DNA of 13,785 nucleotides, from contig JBHGNT010000928.1 in the NCBI GenBank assembly GCA_043228905.1, positions 1-13,785 of the forward strand. Direction: 5' to 3'. The notes under the pieces were generated by a model, which was not told the DNA's origin, made no database searches, and saw nothing but the letters and a program-made list of their open reading frames with translations. Every line of letters starts with the position of its first letter. Position 1 is the stretch's first letter. A program made the position numbers and the translations under genes. Source of the stretch: Azolla caroliniana. Lineage: Eukaryota; Plantae; Polypodiophyta. Of this stretch, positions 9,980 to 13,785 are shown piece after piece.

Positions 9980-10185
9980 TTACATGTCAAGGGGCATTTG
10001 GATCAACCAATACCTTTAAAAACCTCGATCTTCAATATACCAGTTGAGGTCAACTTCTTATAATGTTTCATTATGTGAAGGAGGCTTGGAGCTTTTGGTG
10101 TCTGGAGTTCAAATTGGGTGGTAGTTCGTTAGGAAACATATCTTTGAAGCCATTTACAATTAAATTGAGTAATCTTTGTTCATGG
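9980..10185 (-). pseudogene. Degenerate Ty3/gypsy pol remnant (protease-RT linker region)
   Basis: Minus strand reads HEQRLLNLIVNGFKDMFPNELPPNL (10184-10110), resembling the gypsy ..L.EFKDVFP.ELP.. motif before RT. Multiple stops follow. Confidence 0.45.
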
Positions 10186-10523
10186 AAAGGTATTTGATTT
10201 ACATGGACATTATAATGATAATATTGAATCACCAAATCAATGGCACAACAATAAAGCGCTAGATAACATGAACATTAAATTAGAGATGTGGAAGCCGCAA
10301 TAGATTTCAAAGGAATTTCTATACATTGAATAAAGCATGTAGTGATGTTGTAAAAGTGATTGATTAGTGTCACATACATTTGCGCATAGTGTGTTACTTG
10401 AGCAGGACCACGGAGGGATATAGCTTTCTCAAAAAAAATTGCAAGTCATGGTAGTTTATTGGTCCCTTCTTCTACCTTCTTTGAGTTGTGACATGGTCGT
10501 CTCAACAAACTTGTGTGCTAGAA

Positions 10524-10551
10524 TGTGTGTGTGTGTGTGTGTGTGTGTGTG
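10524..10551. repeat. (TG)n microsatellite
   Basis: About 14 TG units read directly. Confidence 0.95.
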
Positions 10552-10557
10552 ATATTA

Positions 10558-11772
10558 TGTTATTATAAGTGAGCTCATGTGTAATAATAATGGAGTGTGC
10601 AAAAGATTGGAATATTTGCACTTATCCTTGGTGTTGTGCACTTTGAAGATTGTCAAAGCATGGATTCTTGCCTATCAAATACTAATCTAGAATATATAAC
10701 TTTCTAATACATATTAGAGTAGCTCACAATGGTAGTCCACACATGCACTCACACCTAAAATCTTAGGTGGGATCTAGACTCGTTGACTACAAAATTAGTG
10801 GGGACCAATAATAGTCACAACCACTATGTAAGAGAGAGAGAGAGTGGATATATATTCTCTGTTTGGTATGTGTCACATTAAATGTGCAAGTCAGTTGATA
10901 GTAGTGGGGATATTCATTTTTTGTCAATTGACTTGTCATTTAATATGATGATTGATCCAACTCCTTCGATACAAGCTAGTGCTAGATAGTACTTATCTTA
11001 AAGTCAATGGAGTCAATGGCATATACTTCAAGACTAAGTACATGTTAATTTGCCCATAGATTATTCTTCTAGTCAACTTGACTAGTAAATCCTATAATCC
11101 TACTTCCCTCTTTCCTAAATACATTATCTCCTACTCATCCACGGTTCCTACATTGAAACATTATCGACCCATGTGGTTGGGTTGCACAATAGTTACTCCT
11201 CATTTAGGGCGCTATCATAAACTGTGCACTCTTAAGAATTCATGTGGGGATGAATTGACAACTTGGGGTTGATAATTGATTATATCGAACATGTTTCCTA
11301 TTGAGATATCAAGCACAATTAGGTTTAGCTATTTAGTTAACCATGTAACTTAGTAGTTACATAATTAGAATCTAGTTAGAAGTGTCGAACTTAAAGCCTT
11401 AAATAAGATTTTGTACTTGAGTGGGATACATTCTAGAACCTTCACTACCAAGTTCATTGAATATAGGCCTTACATCCTTGTACCTATATTCTCCTCACAT
11501 ATGTGCACCCTTGCACATGAGATGTATATATACCACATTGTGGATATCATTGTATTTTGATGGTTATTAATATAGAGAAAGGTCTTTAGCTACACTTTTG
11601 TTAATCATCCCCCATTTATCTTATTATTCATAAGTGTAACTTCCTCTTTGTCTTCCTCTCACACACATACACACACATATCACATAATCTTTTGCTGCGT
11701 TATCAACTACTCACATAATTAGACACTAATTAACCCTAGTTAATTACCTAATTATTAACATGGTATTAGAGT
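10558..11772 (+). mobile_element. Older LTR remnant ending in ...TAACA followed by a decayed tRNA-iMet PBS
   Basis: ATTATTAACA (ends at 11760) is followed by TGGTATTAGAGT (11761-11772), two C>T changes from the canonical TGGTATCAGAGC. The left boundary (TGTTA at 10558, inverse of TAACA) is a guess. Confidence 0.45.
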
Positions 11773-12234
11773 GTTTGGTTTAGTACATTGTTGTTGAGTG
11801 AGCAAGCTCAACTCAAGTTGAGTGGCGGAAGAAGCCAAGAACCAAATCGGTTGAAGACCGATCGGAGAGACCCAAATCGGCCGTAGGATCGAGAACTGAG
11901 AGCCATGTGGTGAGGGACTCGGGTAGGCCGTTAATAGACTATATTCTTGGTACAGTAAATAGGAATATTGTATACAAAATTAGTTTCAGGCTCATTTATG
12001 AGCATTCAAGTACTAACGGTACTTGTGTCAGCCCACTTGTCAAGGCTTGAATAAAAAGTGCTCACCGAGCACGAAGTATGTACAGAGCGTTATTCCTTTG
12101 AAATAATTTTGTGTATGCTCTCTCTGTCTCTCATTCTCTGTGTTCTCTGCATTTACCGAACAATTGTGTTTCCAAACATCAACACTATACTCTGTGTCTT
12201 GTATGCACACTTCCGCACATCGTATTCTTTTATA

Positions 12235-12246
12235 TGGTATCAGAGC
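12235..12246 (+). promoter_or_regulatory. Primer-binding site complementary to the 3' end of initiator tRNA-Met
   Basis: TGGTATCAGAGC immediately after the LTR end. Confidence 0.92.
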
Positions 12247-12340
12247 ACGAGGGTTGAGACTCCTCTACAGCCGACAGAAAAAGCAAGCGATCAAGACAGA
12301 GTCAAGTTTTCTCGTTTTTCGAAAAAGATACGACAAAAAT

Positions 12341-13572
12341 ATGGACAGAGGAATGGGAAGCTCGCTTCTGACTAAAAAGCTCGATAGGAGCAAGTACGCA
12401 TCTTGATCATTTAAGATGCATCAGTACCTGCTCGGCCATGGCTACTGGAGTTATATCAAAGGAGCTAATGATGTAGCACCCGAATTGACACAAAGAGACT
12501 TCCTAGCCTAGGAACAGGCAGCAAGCAAAGTTTTGTACTGTTTTGCGTCCTGTGTGAGCGATCAACTCTTGAGCTACATTCGGGATGCCAAGACGCTAAA
12601 GGACGCAGGGGCGAATCTCAAAAGGATTTTTGTCGCCTGCACGACGGCCAGGAAGTTGCAGCTCAGGCATGAGCTAAGCAATGTCCGGTAGAAAGATCTA
12701 TCTATGGCCAATTATACAGCTCGAATCAAAGAGATTTGCGACTCTCTCGCCTCCGTCAACGTGAACATCAAGGAGGATGAAATGGTGCAGGTTTGCCTTG
12801 GAGGGTTAGCATCTAAGTTCGGAGCATTCCGAACGTCGGTCTGCACAAGGGAGAACACACCGTCATTTTTCGAGCTTCAATCGATGTTGCTCTAGAAGAA
12901 AACCACGCGAGCATGTCCACGAGTACGCACACCGACAACAAAATGTTGTATACGGAGGCAAAGAGGTCCCGTGGTCGTGGTGGACGAGGCGGGTTGGCAC
13001 ACAATGGAGGCAGTCGACAAGAGCTGAATTTACGGCATAATCAGAATGCCGACAACAATTCCGGACAATCCACAAATAGGGGGACCGGGAGCTGGCAAGG
13101 GAAAGCCGCAACGGACTGCTAGTATTGTGGCAAGAAATGCCACAGAGAGAGCGAGTGTTGGAAGAAACGAGCCGATTCGGACAAGGCCGGATCAAGCCGA
13201 GGAGACGTAGATAGGCGTCAGAGATCGCACTACGCAGAAGGCTCAGGGCGAGCCGGCACGGGCCCCGCCTTCGTCATGAAGCACAAAGCTAACTCGATGG
13301 CGGTGAATACCTCGACATTGAATGAGGTATGGTATGTGGATTCAGGAGCATCGAACCACATGACGAATCACCAAGAGTGGTTCTTGACTCTAGAAAAGCC
13401 AGAGCAGTTGGGGGTCGTCGAAACTGGTGATGACACCCCTCACCCCATTGAACACATTGGAGATGTCCCTCTTAGCCATGTCAGCCAAAAGGGAATCATG
13501 AGAAATGTCTTGCATGTGCCGACAATCACCAAAATTTTGGTGTCGGTCGGACAGATAGTCGACCAAGGCATG
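12341..13572 (+). pseudogene. Disrupted copia gag-pol polyprotein (gag, zinc knuckle, aspartic protease)
   Basis: KLDRSKYAS*SFKMHQYLLGHGYWSYIKG gag start. In-frame stops at 12404, 12509, 12689 and 13120 and a 1-nt frameshift near 12893. CX2CX4HX4C knuckle C*YCGKKCHRESEC at 13117-13158, protease WYVDSGASNHMT at 13330-13365, then NVLHVPTITKILVSVGQIVDQGM. Confidence 0.92.
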
Positions 13573-13785
13573 TGTAAAAACGAGGGTGCGGAAGCGTTAG
13601 ACAACCCGTTTAGACGGATAACAACAGAGAGAGAGAGATGCTGATTGACACACAAAGTGTACGCGGGAGAGACAGAGAATGAGCAGAATGTTAATAATCT
13701 ATTACAAAACAATAATAGTTCTTTGCATCCATACAACGTGCTCAACAACACTATTTATACAAGTCCTAAGAGGACTGACAAAAGT
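13573..13785 (-). mobile_element. Inverted LTR (3' end) of a related copia family inserted in pol; runs off the window
   Basis: Pol similarity stops abruptly at TGTAAAAACG (13573). The reverse complement matches the 12021-12234 LTR in collinear blocks: acttttgtcagtcc/acttgtgtcagcc, cttgtataaatagtg/cttgaataaaaagtg, gagcacg..gtatg, ctcattctctgt, cttccgcac, ttttaca/ttttata. Confidence 0.8.

Larger units (their letters stand above)
11789..13572 (+). mobile_element. Ty1/copia LTR retrotransposon, 5' part (LTR, PBS, gag, protease), interrupted
   Basis: 5' LTR at ~11789/11792-12234 starts TGTTG and ends TTTTATA (probable CA>TA). It is followed by a perfect PBS and a gag-pol frame with copia motifs. 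Confidence 0.88.

Noticed and set aside
13573-13644. C-terminal extension of the pol ORF (CKNEGAEALDNPFRRITTERERC)
   Set aside because: It is read-through into the inverted LTR, not copia coding sequence.

Overview
Eukaryotic, AT-rich land-plant nuclear DNA. The compound microsatellites and TE-expanded intron suggest a fern or other non-seed plant, which is an inference. Two intact spliced genes lie tail-to-tail. (1) On +, a 3-exon gene (1176-2436, 172 aa) encodes a secreted precursor with a signal peptide and a C-terminal 13-aa motif DYHRATTHTPTNN, fitting the RGF/GOLVEN/CLEL tyrosine-sulfated peptide hormone family; the ORF track splits it into unrelated pieces. (2) On -, an 8-exon gene (9352-3277, 516 aa) encodes a plastid-type rhodanese of the TrhO/YceA family (STR8-like) with a CTGGIRC active-site loop and a Cys-rich C-terminus; its 2.9-kb first intron contains a solo-LTR-like insertion. 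The flanks are TE debris: a Ty3/gypsy gag remnant at the left end, a gypsy pol remnant near 10.1 kb, and a probable three-layer Ty1/copia nest from ~10.6 kb to the window end. I see no evidence of a new multi-gene system; the cryptic RGF-like peptide gene is the most notable item.
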